From positions 424,963-488,962 of the forward strand of contig DAIDHJ010000001.1 of NCBI GenBank assembly GCA_027451965.1: a DNA stretch of 64,000 nt, written 5' to 3'. The notes under the pieces are model-generated. The model did not search any database, had not been told where the DNA came from, and worked only from the letters and a program-made list of their open reading frames with translations. The position numbers were made by a program, and so were the translations under genes. The DNA comes from Candidatus Adlerbacteria bacterium. GTDB taxonomy: Bacteria > Patescibacteriota > Minisyncoccia > Phycocordibacterales > SBAW01. The stretch's first letter is position 1. Each line of letters opens with the position of its first letter. Below are positions 8,986 through 19,746 of this stretch, piece by piece.

Positions 8986-10698
8986 TTACTGTCCGGGAGG
9001 AATATTATAATAATTAATCAGAAATTCGGTCAATTGATGGAAATACGGCGACCAGGTGTCGGCAGCATACGGTGCTCCCACCGGTTCATAGGCCAAGAGA
9101 AACACACTGAACTGCGGATTCGACCCAGGTAGGAATCCGAAGTACGTATGCATGTATTTATGCGGATAGTACGTACCGGTACTGGGATCGACGATCTGTG
9201 CTGTGCCGGTTTTAGCGCCTATGGAGTAATTTGGAATACGAATAGGATAATCAACCCCTGCAGTATTCACCACAGTTACAAGCATTTGACGCACTGTATT
9301 AGCAGTTGAAGGTTTAAGATCTTGGATTGGCGGCCCCCAATTGAGCGTTTTGCTAATGCCAGTATCATAATTAATTGCCTTCGCAAAATGCGGCGTCACT
9401 AAATAGCCCCCGTTAACGAGCGAATTGAGCGCGCGCAGGGTTTCCACTGGCGTCATCGCAATCCCCTGACCGAACGATGCGGTGTCATAATCGACCTGCT
9501 GCTGCGTGTAGAGCGTATTGAGATGGCCGGTTATCTCTCCGGGAAGATCAACGCCCGTACTGGAGGCAAGCTGATAATGATTGATGAAATAATCACGCAT
9601 GGTTGATGATCCCATTTGTGTGGCGATGAATGATGCTCCCACGTTGAGTGATTGGGTGAGAATCGGCTGCATTGGAATCACACCGCGCGGCCTCATATCA
9701 AAGTTGCAGATTCTTGCTTTGTTTACAGTAATACAACCAGTGTCATCGTATGTCGTGGTAGGAGTAATTGCCCCAGAATCAATGCCGGCAGCCATGGTGA
9801 GGGGTTTGATAATAGATCCCATTTCATAGATATTCTGTGCCATGATGTTATTAAACACACCAAGATTAGTTTGTTGATTGAACTTATTGAGATCAAACGT
9901 TGGATTGATTGCCATAGCATAAATCGCTCCTGTATTGGGGTCCATGATGATGCCGCCCAGATACTGCGGATGCCACTCATTCATATATCCTGCGAGCACC
10001 TGCTCAAGCTCTGCCTGCACTGCCGGTTCAATCGTAGTCACGACGTCCCCTGTTTGCGTAGCTCCTTGCAGGGTCGACGCAACGCCGCCGAAGAGCTGCA
10101 CGAAGAAATTGGTGTATAGATCCTGATTGTTGCGGGTTAGTGTGCTGTTGTAGAAACGTTCAAGACCGTACTGCCCCTGCTCCATCCCGCTGTTGTCGTA
10201 TGAGACAAATCCTAATTCCTGTGCTGCAAGCGATCCGCCAGGATAGTAGCGCCAGCGATCCTCAGCAATGACAACCCCGGGGAAATTTTTCGCTTCCAGC
10301 GCCTGGCCCTCGGCAGTTGGAAGATGGTTTGCAACTACAGCGTATTGCGTGTTCTGTTGAGTCGCTTTCGCGATAAATGTAGCATGATCGATCGGTACGA
10401 TTGCGTTCACTTCCTGATAGAGTGCTTCTGGATTAGCTATTTTGGTCGGATTGAGCGCCAGAGAAAAACCATCCTCTAGTGTTGCAGCGATGATGGGCGT
10501 ACCGCTTTTATCCGAGAAATAAATGGAAGCACGGTCAATGAGCGGACTCTGTGGAAGCATGAACTGCGCGTTCGCGCGTGCAAGATACTCCTTACCTTGC
10601 AACACCTGCAACAAATACAACCGTCCGATGATGGCAATCATAAACAGAGCGAACAGCAGTGTGAGCCACCGGATACGGCTGACAAACCGTTTATTCAT
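8986..10698 (-). CDS. ftsI: penicillin-binding protein 3 / FtsI transpeptidase
   Basis: 570 aa. N-terminal TM helix, SxxK (GSIIKP), SxN (SLNV) and KTG (KTGTAQ) motifs. Located in the dcw cluster. Confidence 0.88.
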   Translation of the reverse strand: MNKRFVSRIRWLTLLFALFMIAIIGRLYLLQVLQGKEYLARANAQFMLPQSPLIDRASIYFSDKSGTPIIAATLEDGFSLALNPTKIANPEALYQEVNAIVPIDHATFIAKATQQNTQYAVVANHLPTAEGQALEAKNFPGVVIAEDRWRYYPGGSLAAQELGFVSYDNSGMEQGQYGLERFYNSTLTRNNQDLYTNFFVQLFGGVASTLQGATQTGDVVTTIEPAVQAELEQVLAGYMNEWHPQYLGGIIMDPNTGAIYAMAINPTFDLNKFNQQTNLGVFNNIMAQNIYEMGSIIKPLTMAAGIDSGAITPTTTYDDTGCITVNKARICNFDMRPRGVIPMQPILTQSLNVGASFIATQMGSSTMRDYFINHYQLASSTGVDLPGEITGHLNTLYTQQQVDYDTASFGQGIAMTPVETLRALNSLVNGGYLVTPHFAKAINYDTGISKTLNWGPPIQDLKPSTANTVRQMLVTVVNTAGVDYPIRIPNYSIGAKTGTAQIVDPSTGTYYPHKYMHTYFGFLPGSNPQFSVFLLAYEPVGAPYAADTWSPYFHQLTEFLINYYNIPPGQ

Positions 10699-10704
10699 AT
10701 CCCT

Positions 10705-11019
10705 CTACTGTATCACCTGTAGGGAGAGCGAATCAGCATTGGTATATACGGTTGAGACTACCGTAGGTTTGACCAATCCAAGTTGGGTAATTGTTGCGGG
10801 AGTGATTGATTCAGTTTTCTGCAAATATTCCGTTTCCAATACTCCCACCTGGGTTGCAAGATCACGGATGTGCACTTGAGCGCTCTGCCGAGCGGCAGCA
10901 TGCATGACTGTCATGAGAAGAAACATGCCATATAGAAAGGCGGAAACAACGATGCAGAGGGTAAGAAAAAATACTGTACGGGCGTATACCTGCGATAAGG
11001 ATAAGGACATGGTTTTCAT
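10705..11019 (-). CDS. ftsL: cell division protein FtsL-like
   Basis: 104-aa bitopic membrane protein with TM helix FFLTLCIVVSAFLYGMFLLMTV. Called by position between rsmH and ftsI. Confidence 0.5.
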   Translation of the reverse strand: MKTMSLSLSQVYARTVFFLTLCIVVSAFLYGMFLLMTVMHAAARQSAQVHIRDLATQVGVLETEYLQKTESITPATITQLGLVKPTVVSTVYTNADSLSLQVIQ

Positions 11020-12002
11020 ACTTTTTGGATTGCCCGCAGTTTTGCACTGCGCGCAGAAGGATTAGCGTGTAATTCTGCTTGTGTGGGAAGAATGGGTTTT
11101 TTGGTAAGCAGTACTCCTCCTTGCTGGGCATATGTTTTGAAAAAGTGTTTTACGATCCGATCTTCGATGCTATGGAATGTAATAACAACAATGCGACCTC
11201 CTGGCTGAAGCAGTTTCCATGCCTGTGCAAGTCCCTGTTCAAGGACCGTAAGTTCATCATTAACTGCAATGCGCAGGGCTTGAAACGTACGGGTTGCTGG
11301 ATGAATCCGCCCCCGTCGATAGGCAGGGGGTACCGCTGCGCGCACAGCCTCTACCAACTGCGCAGTGGTGGTAAATGGCGTTGTATCGCGTTGGGACACA
11401 ATCTGCCGAGCAATACGTCTTGCATAGCGCTCTTCCCCATAGCCAAATAGGAGATTCGCAATTGCCTCCTCGCTAAGCGTGTTGAGCATATCCGCCGCAG
11501 TAAGTCCGGATGCGGGTATATCCCCATAGCTCATGATGAGCGGTTCGTCCTGCACAAAAGAGAATCCTCTTCCGCCCAGGAGCTGCGTCCTGTTCCATCC
11601 AAGATCAAACAAACATTTATCAATCGCAAGTACGCCGACTTCCGCAAGCAGTTTTTCCATGTGTCCAAAATTTCCCTCCAATACCCGTGCCCGAGAACCG
11701 TACGGCCTAGAGAGCATCTGTACATGCGCAACTGACGTCGGATCCGCATCAAGCGCAATAAGCTGTACATCTGCACGCTGCAGTATGCGCATGCTGTGCC
11801 CCCCACGTCCTGCTGTTGCATCTACAACCACGTCACCCGGACGAAGAGATAATAGCTCTATTGCTTCCTCCGGAAATACGCTTTGGTGTGTTGCTGATTC
11901 CATGACGTGCGCTGATTCCTGCTCATGTGTAGTGCCGTCCTCCTCTCGCAAAAGACGCCGCCCCACACGAACAGAAATCAACGTATGCATGAGTCCGTTC
12001 AT
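11016..12002 (-). CDS. rsmH: 16S rRNA (cytosine1402-N4)-methyltransferase RsmH (MraW)
   Basis: SAM-binding motif DATAGRGGHS. Positioned after mraZ. An alternative start at the internal Met (MESATH, about 11903) is possible. Confidence 0.9.
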   Translation of the reverse strand: MNGLMHTLISVRVGRRLLREEDGTTHEQESAHVMESATHQSVFPEEAIELLSLRPGDVVVDATAGRGGHSMRILQRADVQLIALDADPTSVAHVQMLSRPYGSRARVLEGNFGHMEKLLAEVGVLAIDKCLFDLGWNRTQLLGGRGFSFVQDEPLIMSYGDIPASGLTAADMLNTLSEEAIANLLFGYGEERYARRIARQIVSQRDTTPFTTTAQLVEAVRAAVPPAYRRGRIHPATRTFQALRIAVNDELTVLEQGLAQAWKLLQPGGRIVVITFHSIEDRIVKHFFKTYAQQGGVLLTKKPILPTQAELHANPSARSAKLRAIQKV

Positions 12003-12433
12003 AAGATACCGAGATCGCCGAGTGCCTGTGCCATCTGATCCGCGCTGCGTTCAATACGATGCTTGTACTCTTCCCAGATCTTTTCATTCCAGATTTCAAT
12101 ACGATCTGAAACACCCGCGACAACGACCCGTGATTTGAGCTGTGCAAATTCTTTTAAAAAATCAGGAATAAGAATGCGTCCGGCGGTATCCACTTCCGTC
12201 TCAACGGCTCCTGCAAGCAAGAACCGACTCATACCTCGCGTATCTGCTTGACCGACCGGCAGTGCGGCCAGTTTCTGCGCGATACTCTGCCATGCTTTCT
12301 CCGGAAAGATGAACAGACAGGAATCAAGTCCACGAGTGACTACTACGCTTTTCCCTACTTCCTTGCGAAACTTGCTGGGAAGTGAAAGGCGTTTTTTATC
12401 GTCGAGCGTGTGAAGATATTCGCCAATGAGCAT
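11999..12433 (-). CDS. mraZ: transcriptional regulator MraZ
   Basis: 144 aa. MLIGEYLHTLDDKKRLSLPSKFRKE... shows the duplicated MraZ fold motif (DxKGR). First gene of the dcw cluster. Confidence 0.88.
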   Translation of the reverse strand: MLIGEYLHTLDDKKRLSLPSKFRKEVGKSVVVTRGLDSCLFIFPEKAWQSIAQKLAALPVGQADTRGMSRFLLAGAVETEVDTAGRILIPDFLKEFAQLKSRVVVAGVSDRIEIWNEKIWEEYKHRIERSADQMAQALGDLGIL

Positions 12434-12566
12434 AGGGTTTGTGGGTATCCCATTTCATCCCACTGATTCCTATAATACTGCACTTTCCCCCACTCTCTGA
12501 ACATATTTATCCACACAAAAACACCCGGCCTGAGCCGGGATGAGGAATGCTTGATTCTTTTGTTTC

Positions 12567-14030
12567 TTAGTCGTTTTTTGGACGCATCAGAGGAAAGATT
12601 TGTGCTTCTCGGATACTTTTTCCGGCCAAAAAGCTGAAAAGTCGTTCAGATACACCGAAACCGAAAGTGGGAGGCATGCCGTATTCCAAAGCGGTCACGT
12701 ATTCAAAATCGGCCATTTGTGCTTCTTCATCCCCTGCATCACGTAAAGCTTGTTGTTGTTCAAATCGTTCTTTCTGGTCAACAGGATCATTCAACTCGTT
12801 GAATGCCTTACCGACTTCACTGCCTGCCAGCAGAATCTGAAACCGTTCAACAACGCGAGGGTCCTTCACAGACCGCTTTGCGAGTGGTTCAAGATATACC
12901 GGCATACCAATTAGTATTGCAGGCCCCGCGATGGTTCGGCGAATTTTCTTCCATAAGAGATCCACACCTCGGCCGATATCTACATTGTGTTCATACTCAA
13001 TTCCTTCCTTATCTAACACGCTCCGTACTTGCGGCAGTGTGACTGTCCTTGGATCAAAATCATACTGCCGTTGCATCAGTTCGTTGAAATCAAGTGTCTC
13101 CCATGTCTTACTGAGATCTACCGTAAATGAACCTATGGTAAACACCATAGTACCAAAGGCTTTCTGTGCAGCAGTTCGATATAGTTCCATGAGCATCGGT
13201 ACTCCTTCCCTCGCATCTTCGTACGATGCATAGAACTCAAACGAAGTGTAATCTTGGGCATGTTCGTGCGACATGCCCTCATTGCGGAAAATCCGGCCGA
13301 TCTCAAACGTCTTCGGCAGACCCGCTACCATAAGTTTCTTCTGCCATAATTCCCCGACAGAGATGCGCAGGAACACATCAATATCAAGCGCATTGTGGTG
13401 AGTAATGAATGGACGAGCTTCCGCTCCTCCGGTAGTCGTTTCCAGGACAGGTGTCTCCACTTCGATAAATCCGCGTTCCAGCATGAACGTGCGTATAGCG
13501 TTCCAAAATACTGAGCGCTTTTTCACCAGTTCCATCACCTCCGGATTAAGCAGGATATCGAGATAGCGTTTACGATAGCGTTCATCCTCATCCTTGAGTC
13601 CAAACCATTGATCGGGTACCGGACGAATGCTTTTTGCAAGCATGCGCCAGGAAGTTACACCTATCGATGACACGCCGCGTTTTGTCGTGAATGCCTCACC
13701 GGTCACTTCTATAAAATCGCTCGGATCAACAGCATCCATAAAAAGCGAGAAGTGATCTGGATCCATCTCATCTTTTTTCAATACTGCCTGGATACGGGCA
13801 GTGCCATCAAATAAATCTACAAATACGACTCCTCCCTGATCGCGCAAGGACATGATTCGCCCTGCAAGCGTGATGGTGGTGCGTGCTTCGGCAAGCGCAT
13901 CGAATGCACGGAGAAACGTTGCATTGTCATGTGAACGATATGACTCCGCAGGATACGGATCCATCCCTCGTTGCCGCAGCAGTGTAATTTTTTTCAGGCG
14001 TTCAGTACGAATTTCTTCCAGCGAAGCCAT
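12567..14030 (-). CDS. lysS: lysyl-tRNA synthetase (class II)
   Basis: 487 aa. Has an N-terminal OB anticodon-binding domain and class II motifs (FRNEGMSHEHAQDYTSFEFYASYED; GFGVSERL). Confidence 0.93.
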   Translation of the reverse strand: MASLEEIRTERLKKITLLRQRGMDPYPAESYRSHDNATFLRAFDALAEARTTITLAGRIMSLRDQGGVVFVDLFDGTARIQAVLKKDEMDPDHFSLFMDAVDPSDFIEVTGEAFTTKRGVSSIGVTSWRMLAKSIRPVPDQWFGLKDEDERYRKRYLDILLNPEVMELVKKRSVFWNAIRTFMLERGFIEVETPVLETTTGGAEARPFITHHNALDIDVFLRISVGELWQKKLMVAGLPKTFEIGRIFRNEGMSHEHAQDYTSFEFYASYEDAREGVPMLMELYRTAAQKAFGTMVFTIGSFTVDLSKTWETLDFNELMQRQYDFDPRTVTLPQVRSVLDKEGIEYEHNVDIGRGVDLLWKKIRRTIAGPAILIGMPVYLEPLAKRSVKDPRVVERFQILLAGSEVGKAFNELNDPVDQKERFEQQQALRDAGDEEAQMADFEYVTALEYGMPPTFGFGVSERLFSFLAGKSIREAQIFPLMRPKND

Positions 14031-14088
14031 AGCAATTGTGTTCCTACTATAGCAAATACTAGACTGATGTCATCGCAGCGAGCAGGAA

Positions 14089-14550
14089 CTATTCTACTTT
14101 AAGAATCTTGTAGCGCTGTGTGCCCTTAGGAGTATGAAAAGAGAACTCTTCTCCGCTTTTTTTACCAAGCAATGCAGCACCTAATGGAGAATGGTAGGAG
14201 ATTTTTCCATTAAACATGTCAGCTTCTTCTGCGCCGACAATAGTGTACTGATGCTTCTCGTCTCCGCCTACTTTTTGGACTTGTACTGTGGATCCCATGC
14301 CTACCGTATCGGTCTTAGTATTGCGCACGATTTTTGCATGCTTCAAAATACTTTCCAGTTTTTGGATGCGTTCTTCAACCGCTGCCTGAAGGCCTCGCGC
14401 TTCCTGATATTCTGCATTTTCAGACAAATCCCCTAGAGAGCGAGCGTATTCCAGCTGCTCAGCCACTTCGCGTCGACGTGTGGTACGAAGCTCATTCAGT
14501 TCCTGCGTCAATTCTTCAAATTTCTCCTGAGAAATAAATTCTTCAGTCAT
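14089..14550 (-). CDS. greA: transcription elongation factor GreA
   Basis: Contains ARSLGDLSENAEYQEARGLQAAVEERIQKLESIL and the C-terminal FKBP-like domain. The start is set at the internal Met (MTEEFISQE); the ORF-track frame extends to 14619. Confidence 0.85.
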   Translation of the reverse strand: MTEEFISQEKFEELTQELNELRTTRRREVAEQLEYARSLGDLSENAEYQEARGLQAAVEERIQKLESILKHAKIVRNTKTDTVGMGSTVQVQKVGGDEKHQYTIVGAEEADMFNGKISYHSPLGAALLGKKSGEEFSFHTPKGTQRYKILKVE

Positions 14551-14596
14551 GTTCGCAAGAAGTGTATCCAACTGGGCATAAAAGTCAACATACTGC

Positions 14597-16303
14597 TTAC
14601 TGCAGGTATTGCGGATCATTCGCTTCCATCCATTGCAGCGTATATTTTACAACACGGGATGCGCCTTCCAGCGTTCCCGATTTCCCTTTCTCTAACACAA
14701 CGGCAAACGCGTAGTGCGGATTTTCATATGGGAAAAATCCCATCATCCAGGAATTTTCAAATGCATTATTTACTCCCAATTGCGCGGTTCCTGTCTTTGC
14801 AGCGACATGTACAAAATCGAAGTTTACCGCTTGTGCAATACCACCTGTCACACCCAATCGCATTCCTTCGCGTATGACTTCAACGTTATGCTGGTCAAGC
14901 GATAAGTTGGTGCCTTGCGGCGTAGAGCTGGCAAGCAATTGTGGGGTAAGCAGCATGCCTCCGTTGGCAATGGCTGCAGCTTCACGCACAATCTGGAGCG
15001 GTGTAACGGTAAGTCCGTACTGTCCGATGGCGGTGTGGTATGTATCACCGATGCGCCAGGTAGGATCAGCGGGAAAATTTTCTGCCTTCCATTGCGGTGA
15101 TGGAATAGTACCGGAAGGTTCTGGAAATCCAGCCAAACCAGCGGGACTGCCAAAGCCAAAAAGACGATAATACTGATCCAGAGCGTTGATCCCAATTCCT
15201 GGTTGATTCTGATACCCACCTCCCACTTCATAGAAATACACGTCAGAGGAATAGGCGATGGCGTGACGCATATCCACCCAACCATTTGCACGCCAGTCTT
15301 TGAAGACGAAAGGATGTGCAGGATCGTAGGGATTAGGAAGACTAATGGAACCAGTACTCAATATTTGCGTGTTTTCATTGATCACCCCATCGGTCAGTGC
15401 GGCAATACCGACAATCGGCTTCACGATTGAACCAGGGGCATACAGTCCGTTGATTGCGCGATCGAGAAATGGTTGATCAGGATTGCTGTTATACGAAGCA
15501 ATAGCAGAAGGATCGCCGTCTGTCATCGCCTGCGAAGAATACTCAGGGTAACTGGTAAGCGCGATAATTTGTCCGGTATGCACATCCATGATGACTCCCG
15601 CCCCTCCTTGGTATCCTGCTTCGGAAGCAACCTTGGCTATTGCCTGATAGAGTGCCTGGGTTACTTTTGCATCAAGAGAGAGCGTGACGGTTTGTCCGGC
15701 CTGCGGGGGCTGTTCTTCGCTCTGGGAGATAATATTTCCATGTGCATCGGTCTCTGTTAACTTCATCCCATTTTGTCCCGATAACACATCGTTGTAGGCG
15801 CGTTCCACCCCGTTCATACCTACGAAGGTAGTTCGGTAATAGGTACCAGTTGCATCTTTTGCCGGCGGCTGCACGTACCCAAGCACAGAGGATATGCCTT
15901 GATAGGGTGCGTATACCCGTTTTGCAAAATCGTCAGTAAGTTGTGCGCGGGAATTACTTGCTAGTACGAGCCCGTTTCGATCGAGAATGTCTCCGCGATC
16001 AGCGAATATAACCTGCTGTGTCAGCTGGTTCTCCATCGCCCGTATAGCATACGTTTGCCCGTGCGCAATCTGGAGATCCCCTGCGCGAATCACCAGGACG
16101 AAGAACAGCAGCGCGATGATGCCCGCAGCGGTGCGTGGTACATTTCGATCAATCGGCCGCTCCATACGCCCTTCAAACTGGTCCTTATCAAATGACGGGA
16201 GGTTGGAGGCATCGATAAAAATATCTTCAGGAGTAATTTCACTTTTTCTCCGTACTCCCCGTCTGCGCCACCACATGAGCTCAGTATAGCGGCGCACGGG
16301 CAT
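14597..16303 (-). CDS. mrdA: penicillin-binding protein 2 (elongasome transpeptidase)
   Basis: 568 aa. TM anchor plus SxxK (GSIVKP), SxN (YSSDVY) and KTG (KTGTAQ) motifs. Immediately downstream of mreBCD. Confidence 0.85.
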   Translation of the reverse strand: MPVRRYTELMWWRRRGVRRKSEITPEDIFIDASNLPSFDKDQFEGRMERPIDRNVPRTAAGIIALLFFVLVIRAGDLQIAHGQTYAIRAMENQLTQQVIFADRGDILDRNGLVLASNSRAQLTDDFAKRVYAPYQGISSVLGYVQPPAKDATGTYYRTTFVGMNGVERAYNDVLSGQNGMKLTETDAHGNIISQSEEQPPQAGQTVTLSLDAKVTQALYQAIAKVASEAGYQGGAGVIMDVHTGQIIALTSYPEYSSQAMTDGDPSAIASYNSNPDQPFLDRAINGLYAPGSIVKPIVGIAALTDGVINENTQILSTGSISLPNPYDPAHPFVFKDWRANGWVDMRHAIAYSSDVYFYEVGGGYQNQPGIGINALDQYYRLFGFGSPAGLAGFPEPSGTIPSPQWKAENFPADPTWRIGDTYHTAIGQYGLTVTPLQIVREAAAIANGGMLLTPQLLASSTPQGTNLSLDQHNVEVIREGMRLGVTGGIAQAVNFDFVHVAAKTGTAQLGVNNAFENSWMMGFFPYENPHYAFAVVLEKGKSGTLEGASRVVKYTLQWMEANDPQYLQ

Positions 16304-16326
16304 TCATCAAATATGAAGTCTACTTA

Positions 16327-16605
16327 TTATAGATATTCAGGCATGTGCGCACGAATCTGCTGGAGTACTATGTACCGCAGAATAAGTGCTGCAGAACACA
16401 ACAGCGTCCAAGGAAAGAGAATTGTATGAAACATGCCGGTTGGTCTTCCCCATAGCAGATCGGCACCTACTGCTATGAGCAGCGACAGAAACCATGCGTC
16501 ATCGAGAATAAAACAAGTGATTGCCAGAAGTGTAAGCGGCCACCACAAAAATAAATAACCCGCTACTAGAAATATCCAACCAAAAATGAAGAGTGTCTTA
16601 CGCAT
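16327..16605 (-). CDS. mreD: rod shape-determining protein MreD
   Basis: 92-aa polytopic membrane protein that overlaps mreC by 8 nt. Called by position in the mreBCD-pbp2 operon. Confidence 0.55.
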   Translation of the reverse strand: MRKTLFIFGWIFLVAGYLFLWWPLTLLAITCFILDDAWFLSLLIAVGADLLWGRPTGMFHTILFPWTLLCSAALILRYIVLQQIRAHMPEYL

Positions 16606-17398
16606 GTTTCCACACTTCTACGTACTCAAGCTCCTCAATATTGACCGGTTCATGCAGATATATGTTCTCAAATGATTGATTAGCGGGAGCATCCACGGCA
16701 GATACGGTGCCAATAAATCCTCCTACAATACTGGGAAACACTATAGTATCTCCAGGAGCAACTGTAGTGCCCGAAGGAACTTTTCCCATAAGCGCGCCGC
16801 CGCCTTCCCCAGTAATCACAATTGGCATAATGGATCCTTGTTGTGTATGCAGCAATGCATTGTAGGTTTGATCGGGAGCGGAAAAGAGCGTGACATATGA
16901 CACTGATCGATCTGCTTGCGATATAAATCCGATTAGAGTAGTACCACCAGAGGCAACCATATCACCAGTAGCAACCCCGTCATTCGTACCCGCATCAATA
17001 AGGAGCGTATCGTATGGAAGTGCCGGAGGACGAATTAAAATAGCACCTAGGATAACAGGAGTATTCCCATCTCTCCCCAATCGACTCTTAAGGTCAAGCG
17101 TTTCTTGATAGAGTGCATTTCTGTCGGCAAGTGCTGCCGTACTGGAAGCGAGTGCTGCCTGCAGCGCCTGATTTTGAGCCATCAGTGCCGTCTTGGACAT
17201 AAACTGTGCCTGCCAATCAGCTGAGATTGCAACAAGACCTTGGCGGGCCTGTAATAGCGGCACACCAACACCCCACATACTGTTACCAAGCGGAAAGCGT
17301 AAAAGAATCACGACACCAAGCACAACTATCACTCCCACGATGAGGCCGACGTATCGCTGCAGTGGATAGCGAGTTCGATTAGGCGAGATCCTCGTCAT
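16598..17398 (-). CDS. mreC: rod shape-determining protein MreC
   Basis: 266 aa. N-terminal TM helix, coiled coil (ALQAALASSTAALADRNALYQETLDLKS) and a C-terminal beta-rich domain. Lies between mreB and mreD. Confidence 0.75.
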   Translation of the reverse strand: MTRISPNRTRYPLQRYVGLIVGVIVVLGVVILLRFPLGNSMWGVGVPLLQARQGLVAISADWQAQFMSKTALMAQNQALQAALASSTAALADRNALYQETLDLKSRLGRDGNTPVILGAILIRPPALPYDTLLIDAGTNDGVATGDMVASGGTTLIGFISQADRSVSYVTLFSAPDQTYNALLHTQQGSIMPIVITGEGGGALMGKVPSGTTVAPGDTIVFPSIVGGFIGTVSAVDAPANQSFENIYLHEPVNIEELEYVEVWKHA

Positions 17399-18434
17399 AT
17401 TCGATGAGCATATCCTTGTAGAGATCTAGGTTCTCCAAAATGACACCGGTGCCACGCGCCACCGCCGTAAGCGGATCATCAGCGACCATCACCGGCACCT
17501 TCAACCATTCCGCAAGTAGTGGAGCTAGTCCTTTGATGAGTGCGCCACCGCCACACAGTACAATACCTGAACGGATAATGTCTCCCAAAATTTCTGGTGG
17601 CGTAGTTTCGAGCACTTCTCGTATGGATTCAATGAGCGTATCGATGGATTGTGAGATTGCTTCGCGAATATCAGAATCAGTAAGCACGATTTCGCGTGGC
17701 AATCCGCTAATGAGATCACGGCCGCATACTACTGCTTCAAGGCGTCCCTCTCCTTCGAGGATCGCACCTATGGCAATCTTTACCTCTTCTGCCGTTTTTT
17801 CACCAATAAGCATCTTGAATTCGGACCGTACGTAGGAAATGATATCTTGATTGAGTTTATCGCCCGCGATGCGCAGATTCTTCGATCGCACGATACCGCC
17901 CAGAGAAAGAACAGCAATATCAGTGGTACCCCCGCCGATATCGACGATCATGTTGCCAATTGCTTCTCGAATAGGCATGCGAATGCCGAGTGCCGCCGCA
18001 ATCGGTTCTTCAACGATAAATGCTTCGCGTGCGCCGGCATTCTCCGCCGCATCTTTGACCGCACGAATCTCTACATTGGTTATACCAGAGGGAACACCGA
18101 TAACCGCTCGCGGTCCAAGCATCTTCTTCTGAATGCCCTGTGCCCGATTCATGAGGTGTGCGAGCATTTCTTCGGTTGCTTCAAAGTCAGAGACAACTCC
18201 ATCGACCAAGGGGCGCACCGCCGCAAGATGTCCAGGGGTACGGCCGAGCATTTGCTTGGCTTGTGCGCCAATCGCTACCACTTGCCCGGTTTTCTGATTG
18301 ATCGCCACCACAGACGGTTCTGTCACTACAATGCCCTTGCCACGCAAATAGACCAGCGTATTCGCCGTTCCTAGATCAATACCAACATCATTGGAAAGGA
18401 GTGGTGAAAGTTGTTGTCTAAAACGTTCAAGCAT
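17379..18434 (-). CDS. mreB: rod shape-determining protein MreB
   Basis: 351 aa. Actin-fold motifs GIDLGTANTLVY, DIGGGTTD and LCGGGA are present. Confidence 0.92.
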   Translation of the reverse strand: MLERFRQQLSPLLSNDVGIDLGTANTLVYLRGKGIVVTEPSVVAINQKTGQVVAIGAQAKQMLGRTPGHLAAVRPLVDGVVSDFEATEEMLAHLMNRAQGIQKKMLGPRAVIGVPSGITNVEIRAVKDAAENAGAREAFIVEEPIAAALGIRMPIREAIGNMIVDIGGGTTDIAVLSLGGIVRSKNLRIAGDKLNQDIISYVRSEFKMLIGEKTAEEVKIAIGAILEGEGRLEAVVCGRDLISGLPREIVLTDSDIREAISQSIDTLIESIREVLETTPPEILGDIIRSGIVLCGGGALIKGLAPLLAEWLKVPVMVADDPLTAVARGTGVILENLDLYKDMLIEYDEDLA

Positions 18435-19722
18435 GGGTGTCTAGTGAGGTAAGTAATTGAGAAGTAGTCATCGTGGATACTTTTCCGGTAGCACGCTCCA
18501 CACACTCGAACATTCCCGCAGCAAGCGTTTTTTCGGACACGACGATGCGCAGCGGGATACCAATCAAATCGCTGTCTGCAAATTTCTCTCCCGCACGCAG
18601 ATCACGATCATCCCAGAGCACTGAGATACCTGCTTGGGTGAGTGTTTGATAAAGCTCATTGGCTTCTGTTCTCACCTCCTCGCTGTCTCCGGAGAGTTCG
18701 ACCAGATGTACTCGAAATGGAGCAATGCTTTCCGGCCACACTATGCCCTTTTCATCAGCAAATAGTTCCACGATAGTGCCCATAAGGCGGGTGATGCCGA
18801 TGCCGTAGGAACCCAAAATGACCGGCTGCTCTTTCCCTGCTTCATCTTTGTAATAGAGGCCGATTTGTTTTGCCTTGGTATCTCCGAAACTGAATATGTT
18901 CCCCACTTCTATAGATTTGTGTGGCCCTTCCAACCCTCCTGTTATTCCTAATTTTTTTAGTATTTCACCACTTTGTCCAAGCGGTTCAAGTATTTCTTGG
19001 TTAATTGCAAGATTTTTCTCACGATGTACATAAATGATATCTTCCCCTGCGTCAGAGAGTGTTTGAAATTCATGGCTGAATTCCGTAAATGCACCACCAG
19101 CGGCGTAGGTGAAGAAAGTGCGGTCTCCTATGCCGACACGATCAAATACGTTGGTGTATGCAGTAATTACTGACGCATAGAATGCTTCGTGGGCCGCTGC
19201 GTCGGTGCTATACGAATAAAGATCTTTCATAACAAATTCCCGGCCGCGCATGATACCACTTTTTGCGCGCAATTCGTTGCGTAATTTTGTTTGAAACTGA
19301 TAGACGTACACAGGAAGATCTCGATAGCTGGAGAGGAAGCTTTTCATCATGTCGGTGATAGGTTCTTCATGCGACCATCCGAAACCAACTTCGCCGCCGC
19401 TTTTGAGTGCGGACTTAAACCAGACATCAACCTTAGCGTCATCCCAACGATCGGTCTGTTCCCACACTTCCTTGCGTTGCAGGGCCGTCATGATGATTTC
19501 CTGGCCGCCGATAGCATTCATTTCTTCGCGCACAATCTGTTTGATACGCTCCACCACCCGCAGTCCAAGCGGCAGGTATGCATACACCCCTGCCATTTCC
19601 TTATGCACAAATCCCGCACGGATAAGCAGTTGTGCGTTTTTTGAAACCTCATCTTTTGGCGCTTCCTTTCTCGTTTTCGTGAATAGTTGTGACTGACGCA
19701 TATGGCGCCATTGTAATGGCAA
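18427..19722 (-). CDS. proS: prolyl-tRNA synthetase (short form, no INS editing domain)
   Basis: 431 aa with class II aaRS motifs and a ProS-type N-terminus (QLFTKTRKEAPKDEVSKNAQLLIRAGF). Its length fits the archaeal-like/short ProS type. Confidence 0.9.
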   Translation of the reverse strand: MPLQWRHMRQSQLFTKTRKEAPKDEVSKNAQLLIRAGFVHKEMAGVYAYLPLGLRVVERIKQIVREEMNAIGGQEIIMTALQRKEVWEQTDRWDDAKVDVWFKSALKSGGEVGFGWSHEEPITDMMKSFLSSYRDLPVYVYQFQTKLRNELRAKSGIMRGREFVMKDLYSYSTDAAAHEAFYASVITAYTNVFDRVGIGDRTFFTYAAGGAFTEFSHEFQTLSDAGEDIIYVHREKNLAINQEILEPLGQSGEILKKLGITGGLEGPHKSIEVGNIFSFGDTKAKQIGLYYKDEAGKEQPVILGSYGIGITRLMGTIVELFADEKGIVWPESIAPFRVHLVELSGDSEEVRTEANELYQTLTQAGISVLWDDRDLRAGEKFADSDLIGIPLRIVVSEKTLAAGMFECVERATGKVSTMTTSQLLTSLDTHA

Positions 19723-19746
19723 ACGCGGCAGGGAGCAAAAAACAGC